Source: an uncultured delta proteobacterium
Lineage (GTDB): Bacteria > Myxococcota > Myxococcia > Myxococcales > Anaeromyxobacteraceae
Assembly: GCA_963828255.1 (NCBI GenBank)
Contig: CAWHDZ010000030.1
Location: 1-64,000, forward strand
DNA: 64,000 nucleotides
Direction: 5' to 3'
Both the position numbers and the translations under genes were made by a program. The first letter of the stretch is position 1. Each line of letters starts with the position of its first letter. A model generated the notes under the pieces. The model saw only the letters and a list, made by a program, of their open reading frames with translations. It did not search any database and was not told the DNA's origin. This document shows, one piece after another, positions 10,945 through 23,266 of the stretch.

Positions 10945-12438
10945 ATGCACGACGAGATGACGGCCAGGCCGCCGCGGGTGACGCTCGGAGTCCCAGTCTA
11001 CAACGGCGAGCGCCATCTCGAGGATGCCCTGGATGCGCTCCAGGCCCAGACATGGGCTCCGCTGGAGATCCTCATCTCGGACAATGCCTCCGTCGACCGA
11101 ACCGAGGCGATCTGCCGTCGGCATGCCGCTGGGGATCCGCGGATTCGCTACGTGAGGCAGGCGACGAACATCGGCGCGGCCCGAAATTTCGAGTTCGTCG
11201 CGCGCGAAGCGCGCGGCGAGTATTTCGCTTGGTGCGCTCACGACGATCGCCGGCATCCGAGATTCGTGGAGGCTTGCGTCGAGGAACTGCTCCGCAGGCC
11301 GGAAGCGACGGTGTGCAATACGGCGGTGACCTTCCTGGACGAGAAGGGCGACCCGATGGACGACTGGACCGATCGCAACTTCCAGACGCGTGGACTGACG
11401 CGGCCGGAGCGCGCGCAGCGGCTGATCGACCACGTCAACTGGGTCGACGTGTACGGCCTGATTCATCGCGAGGCGCTGCTTCGGTGCCTTCCCTTCGAGC
11501 CGGTCTGGGGAGGAGACGTGGTGGTCAGCATGAAGCTGCTGATGCTTGGCGATTTCGCCAAGGTGGACGATCGGTTGTTCCAGTATCGAGCCTGGACGCG
11601 CCCCATGTCGCCCGAGAAGGTGATGAGCACGGTGACGGGCTCCAGCCGGAGAGTGGCTCGACCGTACACGGAGATGATCCAGGCCCTGCTCCGGGCGGCC
11701 ATGGATGGCGCCCCCAGTCGCGAGGAAAAGGTAGACCTGGTCGCCCGATTCCTGCGCACGTTGACCAAGAGTGAGCCAAGTGGAGTCCCGTTCACGTGCT
11801 GGCGGCGGATCCTCACGGACGAGCACCGGGAATCCCTCGGTACGGACCTCCCCGTGGAAGCCTTTCCACGCCACCTCCTGGGATGGCTCTCGGAGGCGTT
11901 GCCGGGGGCTGCCGAGTCCCGTGGTCGGGAAGCGATGGCGCTGGCCCTCGCCGGTGTCCGGCGCGTCCTGCTGGCGGCGCCCGGCGCCCCGGAGGACGCG
12001 ATGCAGATGGGGCCGGTTCTCCAGCTTCTCGCACGCAGGGTGCCCGGCGCACACCTGGGAATTCTCTGGCCCAGCACCGCTCCGGACCTGCCGCCCTTGA
12101 TTCAGGAGCACGAGCTGGTTCCCTATGTGCCGATGGCGGATGCCCGTTCCGAGCCTCGAGTCGACCGGGACGGAGATCTCCTACGGGTCCGCGCCTGGAA
12201 GCCGGACCTGGTCATCTGTCCCTTTCCGGGCCGGAGCAGAAGACTCGATCGACTCGCCACGGGTTCCGGGGCGCTGCTCGGGATCGCCTTCTCGGAGCCA
12301 GCCCGGCCCGGGCGCCGATCCTGGCTGCGGTCGGCGGCGCCCTACAATCCTGATCGCCGCTGGGGATTCGTCCTGCCGGTCGGGGGAAGCCTGTCCGACA
12401 TCGAGGCATGCTTGGATGGCCTCCAGGTTGGGAAATGA
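10945..12438 (+). CDS. Glycosyltransferase family 2 with long C-terminal extension
   Basis: GVPVYNGE, ISDNASVD, HDD motif; start uncertain (10945 or 10957). Confidence 0.83.
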   Translation: MHDEMTARPPRVTLGVPVYNGERHLEDALDALQAQTWAPLEILISDNASVDRTEAICRRHAAGDPRIRYVRQATNIGAARNFEFVAREARGEYFAWCAHDDRRHPRFVEACVEELLRRPEATVCNTAVTFLDEKGDPMDDWTDRNFQTRGLTRPERAQRLIDHVNWVDVYGLIHREALLRCLPFEPVWGGDVVVSMKLLMLGDFAKVDDRLFQYRAWTRPMSPEKVMSTVTGSSRRVARPYTEMIQALLRAAMDGAPSREEKVDLVARFLRTLTKSEPSGVPFTCWRRILTDEHRESLGTDLPVEAFPRHLLGWLSEALPGAAESRGREAMALALAGVRRVLLAAPGAPEDAMQMGPVLQLLARRVPGAHLGILWPSTAPDLPPLIQEHELVPYVPMADARSEPRVDRDGDLLRVRAWKPDLVICPFPGRSRRLDRLATGSGALLGIAFSEPARPGRRSWLRSAAPYNPDRRWGFVLPVGGSLSDIEACLDGLQVGK

Positions 12439-13541
12439 GCACGGCCATCGTCTACGTCCGACCCGGGTTCGGCGGAATCCTGGACTACAGCGAATCGGTG
12501 CTGGAGATCCTCAGGGAGGGACTTCCAGGAGCGCGGATCAGCGTGATCACGGCGCCGGGGGAGGGACTGCCGAGCTGGCAAGGGATGCGGCTCGCCCGAC
12601 TCGTCCGGGCGCAGGAAGGCGTCGTCCTCGCCGAGATGGGGGCCGGGGACGCCTCGATCTTCTGGTGCCTCAGCAGCGTCGCGAACGAACGGCCCGTCGT
12701 CGTCACGGTCCACGATCCCGGAGTCATCGTCCAAGGTCTCTTTTCGCCGCGCCTGCCTGGCGGAAAATACCCCCGCGCGAAGCAGGTGGCGGCGCACGTT
12801 GACAACATCCTCTGGACCCTGGTCGGTCGCCACGCAGTCCAGGCCATGTTGGCCCGTTGCCGGGCCCGGGTCGTCCTCAACCCTGCCATCGATACCGTGA
12901 ACGGGCTTCCAGCGACCTACCTGCCACAGCCTTTGTATCGTCCCGGACTTGATCCCAGGATTCCGCCGGAGACGTCGTCCATTGCGTACCTGGGCTACTG
13001 GGCCCCGGCCAAGGGGCTCGAGGACCTGCTGGAGGCCTACCGTATCATTGGCGAAACTCACCGGAGTGTCCGGCTCATCGTGGCGGGTGGAACCGCAAGA
13101 GGGGAGTACGATCCCTACGAGCGCGACTTCCGGCGTCGCACGGCGGCCCTGGCGCCGGAGATCGAGATGCCCGGGTTCATCCCGGCGCCTCGGCTGGACG
13201 GATTCCTTCGGAGCCTCTCAGCCCTGGTTCTGCCCTACCACCCTGAGGTCCCCGGAGGCGCCAGCGCGATGCTCCTCAGGGCCCAGGAGGCAGGGGTTCC
13301 CCTCATCGTCGGGAACACCCCTCAGCTGAGGAGCCAGGTCGACCCCGCCAACGTGACCTTGGTGCCCCCGCGTGACGCAACTGCATTGGCGCAAGCCATC
13401 GCAGATCACCTCGACGATCCGGCGCGCCACGAGGAAGCCGCGCGACGCGAGCAACTGCGCGTTCACGATGAGCACGGCCGGGAGGCGGTCAGCCGTCGAC
13501 TGCTCGCCATCGTCAAGGATGCGTGCGCGCCGAGCCCCTGA
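12435..13541 (+). CDS. Glycosyltransferase family 4-like
   Basis: VTVHDP, YLGYWAPAKGLEDLLEA, LVLPY, LVPPRDATALAQAI; ATGA overlap. Confidence 0.8.
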   Translation: MSTAIVYVRPGFGGILDYSESVLEILREGLPGARISVITAPGEGLPSWQGMRLARLVRAQEGVVLAEMGAGDASIFWCLSSVANERPVVVTVHDPGVIVQGLFSPRLPGGKYPRAKQVAAHVDNILWTLVGRHAVQAMLARCRARVVLNPAIDTVNGLPATYLPQPLYRPGLDPRIPPETSSIAYLGYWAPAKGLEDLLEAYRIIGETHRSVRLIVAGGTARGEYDPYERDFRRRTAALAPEIEMPGFIPAPRLDGFLRSLSALVLPYHPEVPGGASAMLLRAQEAGVPLIVGNTPQLRSQVDPANVTLVPPRDATALAQAIADHLDDPARHEEAARREQLRVHDEHGREAVSRRLLAIVKDACAPSP

Positions 13542-13572
13542 ATGATGGCGCCATTCAGCCCACCCGCCCCCT

Positions 13573-13809
13573 CTACCCCCCCCGCCTTGATGGTGACGAA
13601 CCAGGCGCTCCCGCCCTGCTCGGCCGAGACCTGCTGCACGATGCGCTTCCCCGGCGGCACCGTGACCCGCGACTGGGTCCGCGACCCCGGGGCGCTCACC
13701 TCGAAGGTGGCCGCCCCCTGCCGCGCCTCGACGAGCTTCACCGAGACCGTCCCTCCCCTGGGGAGCGACACCGGCTGGGTCTTGCCCGGCACCATCGACG
13801 CCTGCATCT
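13573..13809 (-). repeat. Direct repeat copy 1: near-identical duplicate of the 3' part of gene 14958..15395
   Basis: Matches 14958..15193 except a C-run change near the stop, C/G at 13758 and C/A at 13805. Confidence 0.95.
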
Positions 13810-13987
13810 GGACGGGGCGAGAATACGGGCAAGTCTCGGCCGGTCGCAACGCGCGACCACGGCCTGGAAGGCGACGCGGGAGCGCCATGCCCTATACTCG
13901 TCCGGATGGGCGCGAAGGAGATGCTGATCCGGATGAGGGCCATCCTCGTGGAGGCGCACCTCTAACCCTGATCGAAGGAGGCCCCCC

Positions 13988-14935
13988 ATGCCCCGCGCCC
14001 TCGTCACAGGAATCGCCGGCCAGGACGGCTGGTACCTCGCGAAGCTCCTCCTCGGGAAGGGCTACGAGGTGGTCGGCTGCGGCCGCCCCGGCACGCTGCT
14101 CGGCCAGCGTGGCAGGCCCTTGCGGGAGCTGGGCGTGAAGCTCGTCGAGATGGACCTCCTCGACCGGTACGGGACCTTGAGCGGCATCGCCGACGTGGAG
14201 CCCGACGAGGTCTACAACATGGCCGGCCACTCCTTCGTGCCCCAGTCCTGGGAGGACCCTGCCACCGCCATCCGGATCACCTCCTGGCCAGTCATCCACC
14301 TCATGGACGCCGTGCGGGAGGTCTCCCCGCAGAGCCGCTTCTACCAGTCCAGCACCTCCGAGATCTTCGGCCTCACCACCTCGACGCCCCAGACCGAGGA
14401 GACCCCGGTGGCGCCCGCCAACCCCTACGCCGCCGCCAAGGTCTTCGCCCACCAGCTCGTGTCCCTCTACCGGGACCACTACGGCCTCTTCGCCTGCTCC
14501 GGGATCCTCTACAACCACGAGTCTCCACGCCGGCCGCCCCAGTTCGTCACCGCCAAGGTGTGCCACGCCGCCAAGGCCATCCGCGCCGGCAACCAGCGGG
14601 AGCTCTGGCTCGGCGACCTTGAGGTGACCCGCGACTGGGGCTTCGCCGGCGACTCGGTGGACGCCATGTGGCGCATGCTCCAGCAGGAGAAGCCCTCCGA
14701 CTACATCATCGGGACCGGGGTCGCCCACTCGGTCCGTGAACTGTGCGAGCTGGCCTTCCGTCGCGTTGGACTCGACTGGAAGGACCACGTGAAGCAGGAC
14801 CCGGCCTTCATGCGCCCCGGCCAGCCCACCCGGCTCCTCGCCGATCCGTCGAAGGCGCGGCGCGAGCTCGGGTGGCAGGCGACCACGGGGTTCGAGGAGC
14901 TGGTGGCGATGATGGTGGACGCGGCGCCGGGCTGA
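13988..14935 (+). CDS. gmd: GDP-mannose 4,6-dehydratase
   Basis: ALVTGIAGQDGWYL, FYQSSTSEIFG, NPYAAAK, GILYNHESPRR, RDWGFAGD; AAGGAG RBS. Confidence 0.9.
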   Translation: MPRALVTGIAGQDGWYLAKLLLGKGYEVVGCGRPGTLLGQRGRPLRELGVKLVEMDLLDRYGTLSGIADVEPDEVYNMAGHSFVPQSWEDPATAIRITSWPVIHLMDAVREVSPQSRFYQSSTSEIFGLTTSTPQTEETPVAPANPYAAAKVFAHQLVSLYRDHYGLFACSGILYNHESPRRPPQFVTAKVCHAAKAIRAGNQRELWLGDLEVTRDWGFAGDSVDAMWRMLQQEKPSDYIIGTGVAHSVRELCELAFRRVGLDWKDHVKQDPAFMRPGQPTRLLADPSKARRELGWQATTGFEELVAMMVDAAPG

Positions 14936-14957
14936 CCCGGCTCCGCCAGCGCCGCCG

Positions 14958-15193
14958 CTACCCGCCCGCCTTGATGGTGACGAACCAGGCGCTCCCGCCC
15001 TGCTCGGCCGAGACCTGCTGCACGATGCGCTTCCCCGGCGGCACCGTGACCCGCGACTGGGTCCGCGACCCCGGGGCGCTCACCTCGAAGGTGGCCGCCC
15101 CCTGCCGCGCCTCGACGAGCTTCACCGAGACCGTCCCTCCCGTGGGGAGCGACACCGGCTGGGTCTTGCCCGGCACCATCGACGCCTGAATCT
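14958..15193 (-). repeat. Direct repeat copy 2 (native 3' end of the hypothetical gene)
   Basis: Same sequence as 13573..13809, offset ~1384 bp. Confidence 0.95.
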
Positions 15194-15395
15194 CGCCGGC
15201 CTGCTCCCAGCGGACGTAGGCCGTCGCGGAGAGCTGTCCGCGCAGGTCCTCGAGGCCGGGGGGCATGCCGGGCGCGCCCTGGCGGAAGCCCTGGAGCACC
15301 CGGATGCGCACCGGCACCGGTGCATCGGCCGCCCACGCGGGCATGCACACGAGCACCGCCACCGCCATCCACGCCGCCGTCCAGGTGCTCCGCAT
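14958..15395 (-). CDS. Hypothetical exported protein (145 aa)
   Basis: Signal peptide MRSTWTAAWMAVAVLVCMPAWA; GGAGG RBS; third gene of the ECF unit. Confidence 0.75.
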   Translation of the reverse strand: MRSTWTAAWMAVAVLVCMPAWAADAPVPVRIRVLQGFRQGAPGMPPGLEDLRGQLSATAYVRWEQAGEIQASMVPGKTQPVSLPTGGTVSVKLVEARQGAATFEVSAPGSRTQSRVTVPPGKRIVQQVSAEQGGSAWFVTIKAGG

Positions 15396-15405
15396 GCGCC
15401 CTCCG

Positions 15406-15879
15406 TCAGGTCCCCTCGGAACTCTCGCCCACCAGGATGACCGGGCCGTCGCTCGTGTCGAGCACGAACGCCGCCAGGTCCTCCGAGGTGACCTCGACGG
15501 ACAGCTCCGAAGGGCCGGTTCCACCGGTCCGGCCAATGTACAGGTAGAGGGCGAGCGCGGCCAGCGCGGGCGCGACCGCCGCCAGCACCCGGTGGCGGCG
15601 CAGGAAGGCCCGCAGCCGCGCCAGCGGACCGGCCGGAGCGCCCCGCCAGGCCGATGCGGGGATGCGAGCCATGACGCCGTCGGCGAAGGTGGAGAGGTCG
15701 CGCCGGGCCGCCTCGGTGCGGAGCCCGTCCTGGACCAGCCCGGAGAGGGCCTCGATGTCGGAGAGGCGCGCCCGGCAGGCCTCGCAGGTCGCGAGATGCG
15801 CGCCGAGCAGCGCCCCCTCGGTGGGGTCGAGCTCACCGGGAAGGGAGCCGAGCAGCGGGGCGGCGCCGGCGCACCTCAC
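15406..15879 (-). CDS. Zinc-finger (zf-HC2) transmembrane anti-sigma factor
   Basis: HLATCEAC (HxxxCxxC), one TM segment; GTG start overlaps the sigma stop. Confidence 0.82.
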   Translation of the reverse strand: MRCAGAAPLLGSLPGELDPTEGALLGAHLATCEACRARLSDIEALSGLVQDGLRTEAARRDLSTFADGVMARIPASAWRGAPAGPLARLRAFLRRHRVLAAVAPALAALALYLYIGRTGGTGPSELSVEVTSEDLAAFVLDTSDGPVILVGESSEGT

Positions 15880-16484
15880 GGGGCGTCTCCCCGGCCGGGC
15901 GCGTCGATCCCGGCGTATCCGGCCAGGAGCGCCTGCATCTTCTTGCGCGCGTGGAAGAGGCGGCTCATCACGGTGCCCTTGGGGATCCCCAGCCGCAGGG
16001 CAAGCTCCTCGTACGAGAGGCCGTCCATCTCGCGCAGGACGAAGATGGCGCGGTGCAGGTCGGGCAGCTCGCCCAGGGCCTCGGTGAGCCGCGCCGAGAG
16101 CTCGTGCCGCAGCACCGTTTCCTGGGGGTTGGTGCCGAGCGCGGTGGCGAGGACCCCCGGCGCTGCCTCCTGGAGGACCGTCTCCGAGATGTCGGCCACG
16201 TCGCTCCGCCTCCCCGGCCGCTCCTTGCGGAGGACGTCGATGGCGACCCGGGCCGTGATGCGGTGGAGCCAGGTGGTGAAGGAGGACTCCTCCCGGAACT
16301 CGGCGAGGTGCTGGTGAACGCGCACGAAAGCCTCCTGGGAGACGTCCCAGGCGAGATCCCTGTCCTTCACGATTCCGAGCGCCACGGCGTACACCCTTCG
16401 CTGGTGCCGGACGACGAGATCCCGGAACGCCTCCGGGTCGCCGCCCCTGGCTCTTTCCACCAGTTCGAGATCGGGTAGAGCCAT
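15876..16484 (-). CDS. ECF RNA polymerase sigma factor
   Basis: DLELVERARGGD..AF, DVSQEAF, SFTTWLHRI, LSYEELA..GTVMSRLFHARKK. Confidence 0.92.
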   Translation of the reverse strand: MALPDLELVERARGGDPEAFRDLVVRHQRRVYAVALGIVKDRDLAWDVSQEAFVRVHQHLAEFREESSFTTWLHRITARVAIDVLRKERPGRRSDVADISETVLQEAAPGVLATALGTNPQETVLRHELSARLTEALGELPDLHRAIFVLREMDGLSYEELALRLGIPKGTVMSRLFHARKKMQALLAGYAGIDAPGRGDAP

Positions 16485-16641
16485 AGGCAGGGACGGGGTA
16501 GCGGAGGGGAAATTCACCACGGCCCGGGAAAGCTACCACACCCGGTCGGGTGTACCTGAGCGCTTGTGCCCCGGACGGGGTACGCGTAGTTTCGCGTGGT
16601 TTCGCGGATTTCGAAGTCCCTCTCCTCTGTTCCGGGAACAC

Positions 16642-19600
16642 GTGCAAGGGCCGTACTCCGAGATCTCGAGTGTCCTCGCGGATGCCCGCCGGCGCCGCTG
16701 GGGGGTCGTCGTCGCCACTGCCCTGGGCTTTGGGGCGGCCGCCGTGGTCGCGATCCTGCTCGCCGGGGCCGTCGCCCTGGGGGTCGGACCCGCCGCCCCG
16801 GGGAGCTGGCCGCGCCCCGCCGCCCTCGCCCTCGCCGTGCTCGCCGCCTCCTGCACGGTCGCCTGGGCGGGCATCACCCTCTGGCGAACCGCCTGGGGCA
16901 CGCCGGAGGTGGCGGCCACGGTCGCCGGCGGCGACGACTCGCTGCGCTCGGCGCTCCTCACCGCGGTCGAGCTCTCGGCCGACCGGCCCGCCCTCGACGC
17001 CCGGGGGCTCTCCACGGCGCTCGCCGACGAGCACGTGGCCCGCACCGGGGCCCGGGCCCTCGCCATCGACCTGCGCGCCGCCGTGCCCGACCGGCCCGCC
17101 CGCCGGGCCGCCTGGGCCCTCGCCGCCGTGCTCGCGGCCTGGGCCGCCCTGGCCGTCTTCCTCGGGCCCAACCTGGGACGGGGCTGGTCGCGTCTCCTCG
17201 AGGGCGTCGCCGCCCCGGCCGGTCCGCCCCGCGCCGAGCCCGTCACCGGGGACGTCGAGATCACCTACCGCTACCCGGCCTACACCGGTCGCTCCGAGCG
17301 CAAGGTGCCAGGCAGCGACGGCTCGGTCGTGGCGCCGCGCGGCACCGAGGTCCACCTCGCCACCCGCTCCGACCGCCCGGTCAAGGGGGCGCAGGTCGCC
17401 GTCGAGGGGGCCGATCCGAAGGCGCGCCGGGTGGTGGCGCTGTCGGTGAAGGACGGACGGGAGCTCACCGGTACCTTCCTCGTCGAGGAGCCGGGAAGCT
17501 ACCGGTTCCAGTTCACCGAGGGCGACAAGGTGGTGGTGAACGGGCCTCCCGTCCCGGTGACGGTGGAGGCCGACGCCTTCCCCGAGGTGGCCATCTCGGC
17601 CCCGGCCGGCGAGGTGGAGGTGGCCGGCGACGCCCGGGTCCGGGTGGAGTGGAACGCCTCCGACGACTTCGGCCTCTCCGACCTGACGCTCGTGCTGAAG
17701 GCCCCGGCCGGCGAGGAGGAGCGGCGGCCGCTCCGCTCGCTGGCCCCGGCGCGGCGCGACGCGGGCGAGTTCGACCTCGACCTCGCCCCCCTGCGGCTCG
17801 CCGAGGGGGAACGGCTCCTCTACTGGCTGGAGGTGAAGGACAACGACACCGTCTCCGGCCCCAAGCGCGCCGCCTCGCCCACACGGGCGGTGAAGATCTA
17901 CAGCCAGGCCGAGCACCACCAGCGGCTGCTCGCCGAGGCCCGGCGCCACTGGGAGGAGATGGTCCGCATCCTGGGCGACCGGATGGAGCAGCTGCCGCGG
18001 GGGCTGCCGGCCGACGCCGCCAGGGTGCAGAAGGGGCTGGCCCTCGACGGGCGGACCCGGCAGCTCCACGAGCGGCTGCGCGAGGCGGCCCAGGCCATGC
18101 GCAAGGAGAAGGCCGCGCCCCGGGAGCTCCCGGCGGCGCTCCAGAACGTGGCCCAGGGGCTCCGCGAGCGGGAGGCCCTGGCGACCGCGGCGCGCCAGAC
18201 GCTGGCCCGCCAGATGCAATTCGGCAGGCCCGGAGACGTCCTCGGCACGAGGCGCGTCGACGACCTCGACGACGCGCTCGACCGGGAGCTGGAGAAGGAC
18301 ATCCTCTATCTCGAGCAGCTCTTCGACAAGCGGCGCGCCGAGGACCTGGTGGCCATGGCGAAGGACCTGGCCTCGCGCCGGCGCGAGCTCGCCTCGCTGC
18401 TGGAGAAGTACAGACAGGCCCCATCGGAGCAGGCCAAGAAGCAGCTGCTCGCCGAGGTGGCGCGGCTCCGCGCCCGGATGCAGGACATGCTGCACCAGAT
18501 GTCGGAGCTGGCCCGCGGCGTCTCCGACTCCCACATGAACGCCGAGGCCATGGCCGAGATGGCCAAGGGAAAGGACGTCGCCGGGGGCATGCAGCGCGTC
18601 GAGGAGATGCTGGCCCGGGACGACGTCGAGGCCGCCCTGAAGGAGCTCGACGCCATGGGGAGCGCCCTCGACGACATGATGGCCTCGCTGAAGCGCACCG
18701 CCGGAGCCCCCGACGAGCGCACCGCCGCCCTCTCCCGCGAGCTGCGCGAGTTCCAGAAGGACCTCGAGTCGGTCGAGCAGGAGCAGGCGAAGGTGGCGTC
18801 CGAGACCGAGAAGGTGCGCGACGCCTACCGGAAGGCGGCGCAGGAGCGGCTCAAGAAGGCGGAGCCTTCGCTGCGCAAGGTGGACGAGCTGGCCCGGAAG
18901 GCAGAGGCCGAGCTCCGCCAGTCGCGTGCCGGGACCACGCCGCGCTCCGAGGACGACTTCGCCCAGTCGCGCGACCGGCTCGACGACCTGCGCAAGGCCC
19001 TGTCGTCCCGCGACCTGGACGCCGCCCTCGAGGCCTCCAGGCGGGCCCTGCCGCCCCTGCAGCGGCTCGCCACCGGGCTCGACGACGAGGCGACCATGTC
19101 GGAGCGCTTCGCGCAGCTGCAGAAGCGCGACCCGGCCGAGCTCCGGGAGGCAGCCGAGCACGCCCGCAACGCCCTGCCTCCGGCGCGCCAGGCCCGCGAG
19201 GAGCTGGAGCGGCTCTTCCCCGAGGCCCGTACCGTCCTGCCCCAGGGGGAGCAGCAGAAGCTCGACCGGCTGGCCCAGGAGCAGCAGGCCCTCGAGCAGA
19301 AGGCCGGGCGGCTGCAGCAGAAGCTCGACCAGCTCTCGCAGGAGGCGCCGGTCTTCCCGCCGCAGGCGAGCCGGGAGCTCGCCGAGGGGCGCGGCCACAT
19401 GCAGGCGGCGGCGGGGTCGCTCGGCCAGAAGAACCCCCAGCGCGGCGTCGGCGAGCAGCAGGAGGCGCTCGGGTCACTCGGGCGCCTGCGCAAGGGGCTC
19501 GAGGAGATGGGGAAGGGGGGCGGCAAGGGCGAAGGGGGCTTCCCGTTCCCGTACGCCTCCTCCGGAACGCCGCAGCAAGACGGGATGGACGGGGACCCGT

Positions 19601-19742
19601 CGCGCGAGAAGGTGGAGATCCCCCAGGTGGACGCCTCGAAGAACCGCGAGCAGTTCCGCCGCGACCTGCTGGAGGCCATGAAGCAGGGCACGCCGGAGCC
19701 CTACCAGGGCGAGGTGAAGCGCTACTACCAGGAGCTCGTGAA

Positions 19743-19746
<4 letters not shown>
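16642..19746 (+). CDS. DUF4175-like large membrane-anchored coiled-coil protein
   Basis: Three N-terminal TM segments, YPAYTG and DDFGL motifs, long Q/E-rich coiled coil, C-terminal YYQEL; start approximate. Confidence 0.75.
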
Positions 19747-21302
<1,556 letters not shown>

Positions 21303-21340
21303 CCGGGACGACGCGCACCGGAACCACGAACGAGGAGCAC

Positions 21341-22357
21341 ATGGACGACCGGCAGACCCAGGAAACCGCCCCGCGCGAGGCCGACCTCGCCGCGGTGGAC
21401 GAGCTCGCCGAGGCGCGCCGCACGCTGCTCGGGGAGATCGAGAAGCGCATCGTGGGGCAGCGGTCGGTGGTGGACCACCTGCTCGTGGCCCTCTTCGCCC
21501 GCGGCCACACCCTCTTCGTGGGCGTTCCCGGGCTCGCCAAGACGCTCCTCATCTCCACCGTGGCCGAGGCTCTCGACCTCTCCTTCAACCGCATCCAGTT
21601 CACCCCCGACCTCATGCCGTCGGACATCACCGGAACCGACGTGCTCGAGGAGGACCACACCACGGGCAAGCGGGCCTTCCGCTTCGTCCCCGGCCCCATC
21701 TTCGCGAACCTGCTCCTCGCCGACGAGATCAACCGGACGCCGCCCAAGACCCAGGCCGCGCTCCTCCAGGCCATGCAGGAGTACCGGGTCACCGCCGGCG
21801 GACGGACCTACGCGCTCGACCTCCCGTTCCTGGTCTTCGCGACCCAGAACCCCATCGAGCAGGAGGGCACCTACCCGCTCCCCGAGGCGCAGCTCGACCG
21901 CTTCATGTTCTACGTGGACGTGGACTACCCGTCCGCGGCCGAGGAGATGGAGATCGTCCGCTCCACCACCTCCGGGACCCGTCCGCCGCTGCGCCGCGTG
22001 CTCTCCCCGGCGCGCATCCGGCAGCTTCAAGATCTGGTGCTGCGCGTCCCCGCCGCCGACCACGTGGTCCGCTACGCGGTGGAACTGGTGCGGGCCACGC
22101 GTCCCAAGGATCCCGGATCGGCCGACTTCGTGAAGGACTACGTGGCCTGGGGCGCCGGGCCGCGCGCCAGCCAGTACCTGGTGCTCGGCGCCAAGAGCCG
22201 GGCCGTGCTCGACGGGCGGGTGGCCGCCTCCGAGGAGGACGTGCGGGCGCTGGCCCGCCCGGTGCTCGTGCACCGGGTCATCGCCAACTTCCGGGCGGAG
22301 AGCGACGGCGTGTCGAGCCGGGAGATCGTCGATCGGCTGCTCGAGAAGGTGAAGTGA
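21341..22357 (+). CDS. moxR: MoxR family AAA+ ATPase
   Basis: [62 protein letters not shown]. Confidence 0.93.
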   Translation: MDDRQTQETAPREADLAAVDELAEARRTLLGEIEKRIVGQRSVVDHLLVALFARGHTLFVGVPGLAKTLLISTVAEALDLSFNRIQFTPDLMPSDITGTDVLEEDHTTGKRAFRFVPGPIFANLLLADEINRTPPKTQAALLQAMQEYRVTAGGRTYALDLPFLVFATQNPIEQEGTYPLPEAQLDRFMFYVDVDYPSAAEEMEIVRSTTSGTRPPLRRVLSPARIRQLQDLVLRVPAADHVVRYAVELVRATRPKDPGSADFVKDYVAWGAGPRASQYLVLGAKSRAVLDGRVAASEEDVRALARPVLVHRVIANFRAESDGVSSREIVDRLLEKVK

Positions 22358-23259
22358 CCGAGGCGGGAAAGCGGCTCCTCGACCCGAGGGTGCTCTCGCG
22401 CCTGGCCGGACTGCGCCTGCGCGTGCGGGCCACCGCCGAGGGAGTCCTCTCCGGCCTGCACCGCAGCCCCCACCACGGACAGTCGGTGGAGTTCAGCGAG
22501 CACAAGGAGTACGCGCCCGGCGACGAACTCCGGCACGTCGACTGGAAGGCATACGGCAAGTTCGACAAGTACTACGTGAAGCGCTTCGAGCAGGAGACCA
22601 ACCTCCGGGCCTGGCTCGTCGTGGACGCGTCCGGCTCCATGGGATACCGGGGCGCCGACGACCGGCTCACCAAGCTCGGCTACGCGAGCACGCTCGCCGG
22701 GACGCTCGCGCACCTCCTGGTGCGCCAGCAGGACGCGGCCGGTCTCGCGGTCTTCTCCGGGAAGGTCACGATCGCGCTCACCCCGCGCGCCGAGCCCTCG
22801 CAGGTGAACGCCATCCTCGAGACCCTCGAGGCGCTCCAGCCGGGCGGGGAGACCCGCGTCGAGGCGGCGGTGGCGTTCCTGGCCGAGCGGGCCCGGCGCC
22901 GGTCGGCGCTGATGGTCTTCTCCGACCTCCTCGACCGGGACGAGCGGATGCTCCGGCTGGTCACCGACCTGCGCCGCCGCAGGCACGAGGTGACGGTCTT
23001 CCACCTCCTCGACCCGTCCGAGCTCGACTTCCCCTTCGACGACCCGACCCTCTTCCTCTCCATGGAGGACGCACGCAGCGTGGAGGCCCGGGGGCGCGAC
23101 GTCCGGAAGGGGTACCTCGAGCTCCTCGGGAAGTGGCTCGAGCAGGTGCGCACGGCCTGCGGCGAGGCCGACGTGGACTACGTGCGGGTCCGCACCGACC
23201 AGCCGCTCGACGAGGTGCTCGTCCCGTTCCTGGCGCGGCGGGAGCGGACCGCGGCATGA
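22354..23259 (+). CDS. DUF58 domain protein
   Basis: [30 protein letters not shown]; follows moxR. Confidence 0.9.
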   Translation: MTEAGKRLLDPRVLSRLAGLRLRVRATAEGVLSGLHRSPHHGQSVEFSEHKEYAPGDELRHVDWKAYGKFDKYYVKRFEQETNLRAWLVVDASGSMGYRGADDRLTKLGYASTLAGTLAHLLVRQQDAAGLAVFSGKVTIALTPRAEPSQVNAILETLEALQPGGETRVEAAVAFLAERARRRSALMVFSDLLDRDERMLRLVTDLRRRRHEVTVFHLLDPSELDFPFDDPTLFLSMEDARSVEARGRDVRKGYLELLGKWLEQVRTACGEADVDYVRVRTDQPLDEVLVPFLARRERTAA

Positions 23260-23266
23260 CGACGCC

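Noticed and set aside
13542..14138. 198-aa plus-strand ORF across the duplication
   Set aside because: Antisense reading of the duplicated gene fragment running off-frame into gmd
1..14935. Polysaccharide cluster as an autonomous mobile element
   Set aside because: No integrase, transposase or tRNA target visible in the window; the left boundary lies outside it
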